Below are positions 23,008 to 37,303 of a stretch of DNA of 64,000 bases, one piece after another. The stretch's first letter is position 1. Each line of letters opens with the position of its first letter. The notes beneath the pieces are model-generated. The model did no database searches, was not told where the DNA came from, and was given only the letters and a program-made list of their open reading frames with translations. The position numbers were made by a program, and so were the translations under genes. The stretch is from Amphiscolops sp. MND2022 (lineage: Eukaryota): contig OZ076409.1 in the NCBI GenBank assembly GCA_964187785.1, positions 7,194,001 through 7,258,000 on the forward strand. The letters run 5' to 3'.

Positions 23008-24251
23008 GACAGTCGATTTAGCCGACGAAAATTGCAAAGCGCAAAATCTTTCAAAATATTTATTTTATAAAACAGCCTCACGAGTAAACGTCATTGAAAT
23101 TTTAATAAAAAATACAACGGTAGTTTTTAGGAGTCGGAAAAAATTTTCGACTACTAATGCAATCGTGTCGTTTTTTGTTTTTTTTTCTCCCGACCTTTTC
23201 ATGAAAATTTCAAATTTCTCAAAAACCGTCCATACGGTTTTCAAAAAATTTTGCAGTCATTCTACACCCAAAGGGGCCCCTGCATGCTCCAAGGCATCAA
23301 AATCGTACGACTGGAATGTCAGAAACATAGCCAAAATTAGCCCAAAAATGGCCAAAAGACAGCCGCTTCTCGACTTTTTTGATTTTCGCAAAAACTGCCG
23401 ATAAGATTCGAACGAAACTTTGTACAGACCTTCTACACTATATTATGTTCCTTTGTGTGTAATTTCATCAAATTCTTTTTGCTGGGATGTGAGAAACATA
23501 GTCAAAATTAACCCAAAAATGGCCGAAAAACAGCCATTCTTCGACTTTTTTTGATTTTTGGTAAAAATTGTCCATACGATTCGAACGAAAACTTATACAG
23601 TCATTTTCTACACCATAGTATGGTCTATGTGTGAAATTTCAAGAAATTTGTATAACTGGGATTGGAGCGAGTCAGAAGGAAAAAGACCTAAGCTTTACGA
23701 CTCTGGTTTATATTTTGAAATCGTATCAAAATTAAGGTTTCGAAGAATTTTGGATATGTTTGAATTTTACTGAGAAAATACTGCCTTCGATCAGTTTTGT
23801 AGCTCTGACACCGTTCTTCAACTTTAAAATTCAAGCAAGAATTATGAAGAAAATTCGTTCTTACAATTGAGCAGCCAAAACCACTGTTGTAATACGGTAC
23901 ACTACCGAGTCCGAATTTATTCGTACCATCAAACTAAAATTCCCATCAAACTGAAAAAGGACATTCATCAACAAACTGTAGTCGCTCCGCTTTTTGTTGA
24001 TACATTTTCAGTCGGCGCTTTTCTTTAGAATCTTCAGTCGACTATCGTCATGGCTTTTCGTCAGTGTTTTTCTAAGACCACCTGAAGTAACCAAAGTAAC
24101 CTGAAGTTCTACCGAAAGTTCTACAAAATTTTGAGAAGATGCCAAAATGTACTTGATGGCCCAAGGAACTGAACCAAAAAGGTTTCCCGCGTAACGTACA
24201 ATACCGCGCGAGACCAAAGGGTCCCCCTTCTAGTTTTTTTTCGGAACTGTG

Positions 24252-25160
24252 TGTCGGAACGGGTCTCATGTCCTATTGAGACCGTATTGAGGTCGTTCCC
24301 TTCTCTATTGCTAGAGGAAATTTTCTCCGTAAGTATCAGCACGAGATTTGTTAACTCTGTTATCTGCCTGTTCATCTCAGAGAACCTTTGATTCGCAGAC
24401 AATTGTTCTGGTTCATTTCTACTATGTAGTAAGTTTCCGTCGTCGAATTCTCTAATCTGATCTCTGGTCAGTACTTCAGGAATGCTACTTTCGCTTTCGG
24501 TATCGCTATACCTGTCTATTCCGTCCATATTCGTAGGTGTTTTTTTGATCGTCTTGGATCTAGTATTGACCATAAATGAAGATGTAAGAGTTTGAAGTTT
24601 TATTGGTTATTGTAGGCAATAAGTTGACAAATGTTGAAATTTGTAATATCAATATTCTGATGTAGTAAGCAACTGCACGTTTCTAACTATCCAATTTCTA
24701 CTGGTGGTACTATATTGTCTGGTGTCAATTATGGCGACGTTGGTCACGTGATCACATTCACCAATCATATTCTTGCGTTCATTCACACCTTGGTTGGTAA
24801 TTGCGCAATTTGAGTATTAGTTTAACACTGCACTGGAATATAATGTACTTTCGTTACTATGGTTACATGACTCACTAGTTGGTATGTTCGCACAGCACTG
24901 CAATGTGGTTATGCTATTTACATCTATGACTAGATGTTTGTATATAAATGGGGGTTACATGACTAACTGCATTGAATTGAAATCTGATGATGGCGTGTCA
25001 ACTACATCATATAATCTATCATGAAGTTGTTTTGGAAGGTACATGAAGCAAATTTTTGATTATGGTTGCAGAATAGCGAAACTATTTGAAAAACTAAATA
25101 TGAATGGTTTATGTGAAAGTTTTGAATTTCAGATTTGATGATGCTGTTTGGTTAACTACA
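24252..25160 (-). repeat. 3' LTR of element 2 (909 bp); encodes 107 N-terminal Gag codons from ATG 24573
   Basis: Minus strand TGTAGTTAACC...CCGACA, preceded by a PPT; repeated at 37120-37303 (direct) and 37413-38322 (inverted). Confidence 0.85.
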
Positions 25161-25184
25161 TTCTTTTCCTTCATCTATTCTCCC
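25161..25184 (-). promoter_or_regulatory. Polypurine tract of element 2
   Basis: GGGAGAATAGATGAAGGAAAAGAA directly before TGTAG; second copy at 37389-37412 on the plus strand. Confidence 0.75.
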
Positions 25185-26240
25185 GTATCGCTGTTGGTTT
25201 GTTTCCTTTCTTGGATGTTGTGTAGTTAACCACATCTTTATTCGGTATTCTCATGCATCAGGCATGGCACTTCGGGTCTTTTTTGAAAAAAAACATCTAG
25301 TGGGGATGGCAAATAGTTTCTTCGCATTGTAGGAGGAATTAGACGCTGTTTTTCCAATGGGCAAAGCTGAACTCGGTTGTATTCTTTGATTGGAGATAAC
25401 GGCGATGTTGTCATAGTAACCACATTAGTAGTGGTTATTCGGTATTCGTGGCTGAAATGGTCGGTTCGTTAATATGCAGGCCGATTTGGCAAGCGAGAGG
25501 AAGAAATTGAATTCGCGCATTGACTTTACCACTTCGGTCGAGAGTAAAGAGTAGTTTGATGTGGCGAGGATAGCCACGTCATCCAGTTGTGCGCATTGTT
25601 ATTAGCAGTAGTGGTAGAAGGAAGTTGAAATCGCCGGAAATTACCTAACGTGGCAGCGTAATATAATTTCTCGGGTTATTCGGTAATTGTTCGGAAGTGA
25701 AAGCAGTGGAACGTCGTGCGCTTTGTAAACAAATCTTCGTGGACGCCAAATACGAGTGATCGAAGTAAATTTTTGCATTAATTGAATTGTTGCTAGTTGG
25801 AACTGCTGTTAGATATTGAGCGGTATACCAGGTTAAAGAGAGCTAAACGATATGGTTTGTTTTGAGATATTGGTCCACACATTCATGAGGGAGTCGTCGT
25901 TCTTTTTTCTGTAGTGAATTATTACAGTCGTCGTGAGGTTTGAGATCATCCAAAAAGGGGGTGACCAACAGTTCCGGTCATGTTGCGTGTTCTTTTTCGG
26001 GTAAAAAATTTAGCGATCTTTGAAGTTCGAACGTTGTCGTTCTTTGAGCATTTGGTGGTCAGATGGTCTTTTTTTCGACTAGTCGTTGACAATAGTCTAC
26101 CATTCGTGGAGGATGAGGGTGATCAGTCCTCATTCCATATCACAATAGACGCTGAAACCTGGTAGATCGCAAATTTTTTCCCTAGATAGTGTTTAATTTG
26201 CGACACTGCTTATTATTGATAGTTATCTCTTGTTACGTGA

Positions 26241-29200
26241 ATGGCCGCAGAGGAGTTATCAGAAGAAGAAGTCGCTTGTGAGGGCTGCGGAAGGAGCATT
26301 TACTGAATTACCCAGTTTGGATTGCTCGTCAGATGAGGAAGGACTCGAAGCTTTGGTTGGAGAGTTACTTGAAGGTGAAGCCCGTCCTTCATGTTGTCAG
26401 TTTGCTCATCGGGTGAACGCGGCCAATGTGGATGCTGCTACGATATAGCTGGAAATTGCCTTGTCCAGTGAATTCCGTAAGTACCCAAACTTTTTGCGTT
26501 TGTCTTCTTGTCTTTGTGGCAGTCACAAAATGAGGGTAGCTGCAAATCGGGTGTAAATAGTCGTTGAGCTCATCATGGTAATGTGCATTTGTGCACAGCG
26601 TCGTTAATGCAGGGTGTGATTAACTAGCGGCACTCTTTTAAGCTCTTCCCGGGAACTATTACCTTGGGTAGACTGTCAAAACGTTGTTGCTGATTCTGTT
26701 GATTTCAGTAATAACGTTTCCCTATGTGTGTTGCAGAAGCTTTGAATATGACCGATATCGTGTCCATGTTACGACGCATGCTTCAGTCTAAAGAGTCATC
26801 AGCTGACGTATCTTCCATGGGTGCATGCGAGGTCGGGCTCAGGGATCATTTCTACCCACAGTGTGGTAAGTTTGCGACTTGGTATTTTCTGTATGTAGTG
26901 CTGTAAGGTAGTGCTTCGTCTCGTTCTGCAAGGCTTGGGGTTGTGATAGGGGGTCATCGTTGCAACGTATGGTTGATAACGTAGTTGCTTACACTGGGTA
27001 ATGTGTTTCAGGTGTTGCAGGTAGTTCCGCATTGAGCGTTGACGATATCGTAGCTTCCATTAACCGTCTGGAGAAGGAGTTAACAGGTGTGGTAAAGGCT
27101 ACGGTCGAACCCAGCATGGGCCAGTTAGGGACTGTAGGTGCGATGGCTGTTGTTGAACTTGTCAGGCAATTGAACGTAGCGGTGTCGCAGTTAGCACCTG
27201 TCAGTGGATTGCCCACGGTCGCGCCCGGGGACATGTGTCGGTGATGCCGTTATTACCAGTCGGTTCTTTGTCAATTGGATCGGGTGTTCCAGTAATTCCG
27301 TCAGTTGCCAGTCGTCAAGATTCAGTAGCGCCATCATTGTTCGGTGAGAGTGCTGTCATCGGACCAAGCAGTGTGGCGAAGTCGACTGCTAGCAAGCCTG
27401 GTAAGAATCTCAAAAGATCATGGGAGGGGTTTTACTTTTTCAGGCACTAGGATTTACCATTGACGTTTGAAACAGTTTTTTTAAGAGTCTATTCAGCATA
27501 TTCAGGTTTGCATGTTTATTTTAGTGCGTGCTAAGAGGGTCAAGACGCCGAAGCCGTCTTACTTCGTTTCCAGCGTTGTGGGGACCTTCGTTGGCTTCCT
27601 CCGCAACAAAGGAGTAATTGATGGGTACGCTCGTTGTCTGCTATGTCGGGCGGACTTAGTTATTGCTGGGTGCGGTATCTCGTCTCTGTGGAGTCATGGG
27701 AAGGGTGTGGAGCACACCCGTTTAGAACAGAAATACCGAATCATGACTCACCGACCGCTATTAGACAAGGCTTGCAGACCGGTATCTGCTGAAGAGGATC
27801 GACGAATCAGACGTGCCAGATTGACAGAGCCTCCAGATTTCCTGGAAACTGATATAAATCTGACTGTGGAGGAGCGCATGGCGATTGAAGAGGCGGACGC
27901 AGAGGAAGGAACACGACCGCATTTATCAGACGGGAGTGTGAGCTACTTGTGGTTGAGCAACTTTATTTCGAGCATTCTAGTTTACAAATCCTTCGAAGGA
28001 GTACTTCAGTCGTTAGATGTTTGGCGTAATTGTATGGCAAACGAACTACAATTTGAGTGTCGAACGATGGAATACGCGCGGTGTCAGGTAGATATGCGCT
28101 TTTGTGTTTCTTATATGTCGCGGATTATTGTTTTTTGTTGTTGTTGGTAGTAGAATCGTGTATATTGGGGTGATTGCGGTTTCTTTTGTTGGTTTAATGT
28201 CAATGTCTTGATGACGTTGCTTGTTGCTATTTAGAGGCTGGTGCTGTATGGGTGCTATCCGTATGTTGTGGAACAACTAGATGCATTGGTAGATTCGAGC
28301 TCATGCATTGGTGTGAGTATTCGACAGAGTGACTGGCAGTGGCGTGGTGAGCTTCACATCATCGGAGATCACGGTGTGAAGTCGATTGTGCTCGCTCTAG
28401 TTCCCGGGGGTACTGGATGGGAGAGGAGAATGCTGAACAATGTGGTTCCTTTACTTGCTTGTCTGAAGGACAGATCCCTTTTGAAAACTGTGGCAGTCGA
28501 AGGAGATACACACTTTGGTCGGGCAGTAGCTGGAATGGTTTCTCCTAAGACGCCGATTGTGGTTGGGCTTTTGACGGCAAAATCAGTGTTTAACGAGGTA
28601 CAAAAGCAGTTCCAGATGGAATTTTCGGGACTTGATCCGCTCAGTGTGTTAAAATACTTTCGTGTGAGGATGATGCCCGTGGTTCATGAGAGTTTCTTGT
28701 ATCAATTACCCTTGTTACGACAGGTGAATATGTTATTGCGTATTTTGACCATTTAGGTATTGATATTTTTTTTCGGATTTAGGTGAGGTATAAGACTTGT
28801 GTAGATGTACAATCGTTCTGGTAGTGATGATGAACTAATTTTTGTTTGTTGTTCTAGTGTATACGAGTCTGTGGAGAGGACGTCTCTCAGTTGGCGCTAG
28901 TCTGTGCGGAAGTTGTGGAGTATTGGAACGATTTGTCTTTGTACTTTGGGACTCACAGGCCTAATGTTACTTTGGAATTGCGGCCAATCACTCCACTGGA
29001 ATGCCAGGTGTTCGAGGATGCCATTGTCCGGCCCCGATTTGCTATCTTGCGGCTTGTTCTGGACTTAAGTAAGTATGAATTATTTGATTGTTTTTCAATG
29101 GGGTAGTGTTTTCTCTCTTTTTTTTGTTTTCCCTCTTTTGTCTTTTTTTGCTGATTTTTAGTAGATGTCTGGGATTAGTTTCGGAGCTGGGGGTATGGTT

Positions 29201-30340
29201 AGTCCTCTCAGCCGGGCACGTTATTTTTTAATTTGTGTTGCAGTGGTGAAGCATTGTCCTCGACTGTGAAGACGTGGTTGTGACTACGGCTTGTTGTTGA
29301 ACGAGAGCTAGCACAATTCCTTCGCAGATTGATGAGATTCATCAAGGTTCTGATGATCGTCGTGTGGATTCGTTGGTGGAAACTTGTGCTGTTTTAACTG
29401 CCTATGGACTCGTTGAATTAGATGATGGCGGCGTAGTGCAGCAGCAGTACAGGGAGATCACTCATTTCTTCAGAAAACGATGATCGTTTTCAACAGATGA
29501 GATGCCAGCTGTAGAAGACATATTCGCCTTATGGATGTCGAACCCTCATTGGGGGCGATGTGAGCAATTGCGACAAATTGTAAACCTAGGGTTCAAAGTG
29601 GTGGTTGTCAGCGCGTACCGTACTGATTTTGCTGATAGTGTCAGTGGCGCTCTGGATCCTGATGAACTCTCGTCAAGTCTGCATTTAGTTCGTACCTGGT
29701 TTGGACATTCGTTTATTGGAAAATCACGCCGTGATCTACGTGGCCTATTACGAATTGCCGCGACAGCAGATATGCAAGTTTCTCGCTTGTCCGATAGCGT
29801 TCGTGCCAAGCCGTGGGATCAGCTACTTGAAGTTGGATTGGATCACACTCTATCTTTCTGCGTGACGTTGCTGGACAAAGGACCTGAGACACCTGTAGTT
29901 CCTGTGGTCGATGAGTATAGATCGACAATTCTCGCTCAGTTGAATGTTATGGAAGTAATGGCAACTAGTCCTATCCGTGCTTCCCCTAATCTTACAGCAA
30001 TGCAGTCTGGCTCTGGTTCAAAGTCTAAAAGGCCTCGTAGTCAAACCGATGTGAGACTAAAAACTCCAGAGAAAAACGCTAATGTGGCTGTAGCTACTAC
30101 ATCTAAGTCTACCGTACGGTCAAGGACCCGTGTAACTAGTCGTGGAGGTAGTGGAAAGAGAACGTGTTCTGCGAGGGACGTCGATCAGGTGGGAAACCCC
30201 AAAGTAGCAAGACGTTAGTGCTATCTGTGGCTGCTAGTGGTTCAGTAGATCAGGGGATCAGACATCCGATGGATTTTGGCGGGGCCTAATCGCAAGGGAA
30301 GACGGGCAACGAGAGTCGAGTCGTCTGACGAGCCTTGAAG
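26241..30340 (+). pseudogene. Antisense multi-exon BED-finger/hAT-transposase-derived gene inside element 2 (decayed)
   Basis: CLLC...LWSHGKGVEH zinc finger; GT-AG introns 28088-28234, 28724-28857, 29069-29243 plus upstream ones; homologous to 48926-52863; stops and frameshifts present. Outer limits approximate. Confidence 0.8.
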
Positions 30341-31910
30341 GAACAAAAATGTGCGCCATTTTGTATTAAACTTCTTACTGATGTATTTGCATTAGTTTTT
30401 TCTGGTTTTGTGCTTTGGCGGTTTTGTATTTTGTAAATATGAACTTTTACTGTTTTTTTCTCTTGCCTTACCCTTATACTGGGTATTTGATATTTCATAT
30501 GTGGATTTTACATGTGTTGTTTCATGTACAGTTTGTGTTGTTGGTTATTTACTTGATTTGCTTTGGGTTTGAAGCGTGGGTGAACTTTAATTTACTTGTT
30601 GCCTATGTTATACAAATTTTTTGACCTATTTTGCATGTAATCTTCGTTAGCTGGTCTCAAAATGTTAGAGCGGTAGGCTCAGCTTTGTAAATCGTTCATG
30701 TTCTAGTAGAGTAGTCGCTTTCGTGACTACCATTGAAAAGCTCTCACTCACAATGCTCCATCGGTAAGTCAGCGTTGTTCAATTTAATAGCTTACATATG
30801 ACACAAATGGAAACTTGGTGGGTGGGTGGAGCCGCTCTGCTCCTATAGATGATTTGAACGTGTTGAGTGGTTGCTTTTATACTACTCTAGTCGGTTTTTT
30901 GACGGCTGTTCATAAACTTAGGTGTCATTTTGAGATGTCAATTACTTCGGATTTTACATATGTTTGTCTTACATGAAGCGTTCGTTCTGACGTCGTCATC
31001 GCTGATGTGTGTCTTGCGACGTCATCATTCGTGACGTGTGTCAAGTGTTAACGCAAATTCAATGGCAAATGGGTTTCCCCATGCCCATTAAATTTTTTGG
31101 CAAGGGGTTGGCACGCACCATCCCTTTTTTCGGATTTTCGGTCATGTTGTGAGAGTAACTGCATGTGCTTAATTATCTTGTTCTTTCTGCCGCGAGGCGA
31201 AGCCTACAAACCACCAGTAAGAACAAAGGCGTCACGACTTAGGTCGAAATGGGGGTGACGACTGCATGTTACTGTCCTAGGAATAGACTTATTTGTTTTC
31301 GTTTAGTTGGGAAGGTTATTTGCCGTCGCAAAAACCCATTCAAAACTAACACCGAATCCACTTGCTAAAGAGCAAGCTTCATCTGAATGTTTGCACAACC
31401 ACACAGACGCGCTTTTGATGACGCACCCACACAGCCGAACCACATCATGGTTTTTCGGGGCGGAAGTGTGAGTCTAGATTTTTGTGACGTAACTTAAGCG
31501 AGTCAGCTGTTTCTTTTACGTTCTCGATTGTGAACTGTGACGTTTGTAAAGGTAACTTAACGTAGTTGATTCAGAGTTGGTGGGTACAAAAATGCAAAGC
31601 AATTCCTTTGAAAGCGTGTGGTTGAGATTCTTCGTGAATTGCATAATTTAGTAGCTCGTTTGCATGTCTTTTACATGTACTTAACAATTTCCGGTTAGAG
31701 TGATGTGTTGCATATGACTGCATTACATGTATTTACTTTCGCGCTCAGCTGTCTGTATAGAGAGTAACAATTTACTCTGCCGGTAAACTCGAGTATGCAG
31801 GACAGTGAGTATCAGTCGTCACTGAATGGTGTAACGTAAATAGAATACTTCAATGGTATGATTGGTACATGTGGTGATATAGACTACATTGTATTGATTG
31901 CATGTTTTTT

Positions 31911-34900
31911 CTATTGGCTTGCAGATTTGCGTTGCATGAATTTCAAAAGTGCGGGCTTTGCTTGCAGTACTTGAACAAGGACGTTATCAAACGTTTTAGA
32001 CACAGGTGCTTCGCGAAGGCTATATCTGGTAATATTGTTTCGTGTGATCGGTTGAGACGTTTCGGCAGGTGATGTGGTCGATGCCGCATCATTATTTGAC
32101 AGAATTTGCTGTTCCGACTCGTGATCAGGTGTCGGTGTGTCTATTTCGTCTGGTTGGGTTTCAGGTTCAGTTCGGTGCGTACGGTCGTTGTGGATGGTTT
32201 CAGGGAGCGGGTTTTACAGAGGTGGGACCTCATGAACCCGTTTGTGCTCATAATAAATTGTTCCATGCTCAGAATCGATTATTTCAGTTTCGTTTGTGTC
32301 GAGTTCAAATGAGTTTTCAGCCGGCGGTGTTGGTTCGGGTGCAGGTAGATTGTCGTTGAATATTGACTCATCGTCAATTGCGTCGTTGGGTCACTGTAGT
32401 GTCGCGCTGCATCGTCGTGTATGTCTTCAACCGGGTCATGTGGTACGAATGGGCGGAACCGGCATTCTATGTACACACTGCGTTTTGAAGGTACCGACTT
32501 TTCTGACGATATAATTCGATTGTGTCAGGACCTTAACCACTTTGCAAGGTCCTTCACATTTGAAGGAGTTAAAAGGGGTTTTTTTCCGATTGCGTGCTAA
32601 TTTTAGGATTCAGTAAAAAGACAAAGTTGTTTACTTTTAATGGTGATGCTTGGGCTTTTCGATCATAGTACGCTTTGTACTTATGGAAGGCTCGGATTAT
32701 GTTGGTATGAGTTTTTTTTAATTTGGCATTCAGATTGTCCACTAACGACTGTGTATCAGTGGCATTTCTCGGTGAACTGAGAGGGTTGCCAAATTTTAGG
32801 TCTAGTGCGTTGTATGGCACGCGGCCATGGAAAACTTCCGTTGGTGAACATTTCAGAGTTTGGTGGTAAGTCGTATTGTGCGCCATGACAGCGAGATTGA
32901 CGTATCGGTCCCACTGTGGGCGTTCTGCGGAGACGTTTATTTTCAGAATCTGTTTCAAACGTTGATGCGACCTTTCGATCATCCCAAAAGTTTGGGCATG
33001 TTTGATTGTCGCGTGGGAGACTTACATCCCGGCTTTGTCCATCAGTTCTGTTATGACTTGCGATGTGAAAGCAGAGCCTTTGTCAGTGATGATGTGCTTC
33101 GGTACATATGCATGTTTCGTGAAAAAGTTTAGCAGGGCGTCAACGACGGATTTAGTATCAGGTTTACGGATCGGATTAGCAAACAGGTGCCGTGAGAAGT
33201 AGTCACAGGCCGTCAGAATGTGTGAGTACCGATTAGATTGCGGTAACTCACCGACGAGGTCATTTTCCAGGACATCTTCAGGACCGTTGCAGCGGTCATA
33301 GATTGGTTCAAGTGGTGGTGTTCCCGAGCTGGGTTTTATAGGTTTCGCTTTAATACAGTCTAGGCAGTTGTTAACAAACTTTCGAACTTTTTCGGCTAAG
33401 TTCGGGATGTAGTACTTTTTCTTGAGTTCACCAAACATTTTTGAAGCTCCAGTGTGTCCCTGCATGGGGTCGCCATGCATCGTCCTGATTATGGCTTCCG
33501 TAGTTTCTGGAGGAACTACAATTTTTCGGTAAGCTAAGTTTTCTACGTTGTCGAAAAACTGTCTGTACAAAACGTTGTTGACGACTTCAAGTCTTTTACG
33601 GTTTTTGAAAAGTTTTTGGAAAAAGGTACTTGCAAAAGTAACTTGGTTTGGAGGGGTTTCTTGCGCAGTAAGGATCCTAATTACCCGTTGAACGTCACTT
33701 TTTTCGCCTTGAGCCTTAACAATTTCTGAATTCCCCGAAGGGCATACCTGATTTACCGTGTGAACCTGGTTCCGTTGGTAGAATCGGGTGAAGAACAGTG
33801 TTGGATCAGAGGGCGTCACAAACGGTTGCACCTGTCGGTTTTGATGTCGTCAATGCGTCTACAGTACTGTTCGTCGTCTTCGTGACGCCATTGAGGGAAC
33901 ATCGCCAGGAGTGACTGCATTGTCGGGTTCGGTGATGTTGTTGCGTCAGGCACATTCGTCTCGTCTGGATTGTATTCTTCCTCCTAATCATCTTGCTTAG
34001 GCGTTTTTGATGCCAGATCAATCTCGACTTTGAAGACTGGTATCTCATCATGTAGTTTGAGGTGGATTCTGTTTTTCGGGTGGATGTCGATTCTGGACAG
34101 GTAGTCAGCTGCTGGATTTTCGACTCCAGGTACATGGGCCAGAACGAAGTCGAAATGGAGGGCTTGATCACAGTAGTTCCATAATTTTGGTGGTATTCCT
34201 TTGGACTGGAAGAATCTTGTGAGAGCTTTGTTGTCAGTCATGACAATTGTTGGTTTCTTCACTCCCCACAGGATATGGGCGAACTCGTCAAATGCGAAGT
34301 GCATGGCCAGGATTTCTTTCGCGTACATCGTGAGTGACATTTTGCCCTCGGTGAACCTTTGAGATCCAAAGGCTACTGGTGCATATGACTTCGTTGGTCC
34401 ATTGTTGGTTTCAGTATAGTCTTCGATCAGAAAAACGTAGCCGGTTGCGTGCTCGCTAGCATCGCACATAATCACTAGTTGTTTGTCCGGAAGTGGTAAT
34501 CGCAGGGACATCTTGGCAGCATTTGCGAGGTTCTCGTTGATATCGAATATGGCGTCTTTGTGGATCTGGGTGAGTTCGTACTTGACATCTTTCAGTAACA
34601 ACTTGTATAGTGGGACCAGTTTCTCAGCTAGCCTCGGGATGTACTGACAGTAGAACTGTACAAATCCAATAAACCGTTGTAGTGACTTCACAGACGTCGG
34701 CAGTTTGATGTTCTCCAGAAACTTTTTCTTCGATGAGCGCGATGCCTTTGGTAGTGATGCTTCTGCCAAGAAATTCGAATTCGGGGTGACCAAAAGCACA
34801 CTTCGCCATTGACAGCTTCAGACCGGCCTGTCTGATTTTGTTGAATACTGCTTCAATGTTGTTGACTAGCTCTTCGACAGTGTTGGCGGCAATGCCGATA

Positions 34901-36025
34901 TCGTCAACGTATTGTGCGCATTTGTCTGCCTTGACGAAGGGGTCCAAGTACTCACGGACAGTACTGTTGAAGGCTGACAGGGACCGGTTCAAGCCCTGGG
35001 CTAATCTGAGGAAGGCGAAGGTTCTACTTCCAAAGTTGAACGCAAGCAACTGGACTGACTGTTCATCCGCCATCTGAAGGCAATGGTACGCCTATGAACA
35101 ATCCAACTTGCAAAAGTAACGTTTGCCGGCCATGTGTTGCGCTGCATCGGCCATCGTTGTCACAGGGTGGTTGTGTTGATTGTAATCGTTCTTCAGTAAG
35201 TGATTAATTCTTCTGAGATCGACCAGGATCCTGAGTTTTCCGTTTGGCTTGCGTTGGGCGAAGATAGGCGAAGTGTATTTACTATACGGTATTGTGGTGA
35301 TGATACCGTACTCTTGCATCAATGCCAATTCCACCAATAAATCGTCTTCAAATTTGTTGGTGTGGGCAAGCTTTGGACATAAACTGGTTCGTGGTGTTTT
35401 GGAGTCAACTTCATCTTGAGTTCGGTGTTGATCCCGATATCCAGTCTGTGTCTCGCGAAGATGTCGTGGTAATTGACCAATAGTGCCTCGATCTCTTGCT
35501 TCTCATGAGGGTTCAGTATTGATTGTTCCCACTTGAAGTTCGCCAAGAATTCTTGTCGTTGTTCCTCACTTGATGTTGGGTCCAGTTTTTCTTCAGCTCT
35601 GAGTTTGACGATCTCGTCGTAGATGCGTCTCTCAATCTTGTTGAGCTTTGACGGGTCGTCGCATGTCTCAGGGGTGGGTACCATCGTCTGTCTGTTTTCT
35701 CATTTGGGTCCTGGAAGTTGTGGTTCAGAACTGCCGTGGCCTCGTCTGGGTATTGCGTGATCAGGTTGAGTTGGTGGCTCGTCATCGGTTGCAGATTGTT
35801 TGCCTGTTTTGGAGTCATAATTTTGAATGACGCCACTGCTGTCCCCACATTGATCGTGATCTGGTAATCTAGTTGGTTGGCGATCTGCACATGGGATCGT
35901 CCCTCTCGGGTCTCGCTGAGAGCCGGAGATACCAGTAAATGTGAACGCCTCTCGAAGGCGGGTAGTCCTTCCACGGTACCAGTGATGTTTCCCAGATCTC
36001 GTTCAATTACCACTGGGACGAACAC
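31911..36025 (-). pseudogene. pol of element 2 (dUTPase-like, RT, RNase H, integrase; protease deleted; many frameshifts)
   Basis: ORF fragments 35513-36025, 35319-35684, 35092-35337, 34624-35073, 33984-34799, 33022-33831, 32569-32982 align to the 45255-48692 protein; ends RYSLREAP...stop at 31911. Confidence 0.92.
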
Positions 36026-37303
36026 TTGTTCTTTCTGAAGTCCTTTCTGAACTGTCTATTTTCTTCCGTTGGCTGTTTGGTATACGGAACACTTCTGTAA
36101 GCTGAGGTGGTCGTGTTCCTGTGATAACAGTCTCGAGCAGAGTGTCCCACCGTTCCGCAAATTTGACACACGAGTTTTGAGTTATACTTGGGTCTGTTGT
36201 CTGGGTTCTGGGTAGCTTGGGTTGGTTGCTGTGGTTTTTGACTGGCGGGTTTAGCTTGTGCTTCTTCTCGCAGTCGTTTCTTGCATTCCACCCACTTGTG
36301 TCCATGTATGCCGCAGTGACGGCACTGCCCGTCGAACTTTCTTTTCGTCTCTCTGTTTTGTTGGGGTTGGACGATTGATGTCGGAGGTGTGGCTGCATTT
36401 GGTTGTGGTGCACGTATTTGGTTGAACGGTTGGGCATTTGTAGTGTTCTGGAGGAGTTGTGCATACTGACTTCTTCGTTGCACGAACGTCCTGATTTCTT
36501 CCATGGTGGCGTCATGTTTTCCCGCCATTGCCAGTTCATTCTGCATATGGACTGGAAGTTTCGCGAACAGGAATGTTTCTGTTAGGTCGTTTGACCTATC
36601 GCCAAAAGCTTGTTTTGCTACTTTCTTAAACTTGTTGAGAAAGTCGTTAAATGTTTCAGTTGCGGGGTCGTACCGCATTTGGTCAATTGTGTATTTGGCC
36701 ACCTCTTCCAGGTCCTCTTTGGCATACTCCTTCTTGAAATAACGTAATACTTGGGCGAGTGTTGTTTGAGTTATTATTTTCAGTGATTGCCAGAATTCGA
36801 TGGCGTCATCACGGAACAGGCTTTGAAAATACGTCAGTTTTGTTCTTCTGACAGTTTGTGTTGATGTGATCGGAGATGATTTAGCAAGAGGTGCTCGAAC
36901 TTGTTGTATTTTTCCCTGTTTCCCCGGAAGAGCGAGACTTGGGTTTGTAGGATTTTCGGATGTTGCAGGTTATCCGACACTGTCATGGCATTGTATACCT
37001 CAAGTGATGGCTTTCGGTCACGATGTCCTCCATTTGGTTGGTGGATGACTGAGGGTATTTTGAAGTGGATTGTCGTTGTGGGTTCGTCTGCGTGTTACTG
37101 GTGGTTGCTCCTGTCACCATGTCGGAACGGGTCTCATGTCCTATTGAGACCGTATTGAGGTCGTTCCCTTCTCTATTGCTAGAGGAAATTTTCTCCGTAA
37201 GTATCAGCACGAGATTTGGTAACTCTGTTATCTGCCTGATCATCTCAGAGAACCTTTGATTCACAGACAATTGTTCCGGTTCATTTCTACTATGTAGTAA
37301 GTT
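36007..37303 (-). pseudogene. gag of element 2 (frameshifted; N-terminus lost in the LTR rearrangement)
   Basis: Capsid-like LFAKLP; knuckles CRHCGIHGHKWVEC and CQICGTVGHSARDC; joined directly to the dUTPase-like region near 36028. Confidence 0.88.
37107..37119 (-). promoter_or_regulatory. PBS of element 2 (TGGTGACAGGAGC)
   Basis: Directly follows the LTR end CA; identical to the element 3 PBS; resembles the complement of a tRNA-Leu 3' end (inference). Confidence 0.85.
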
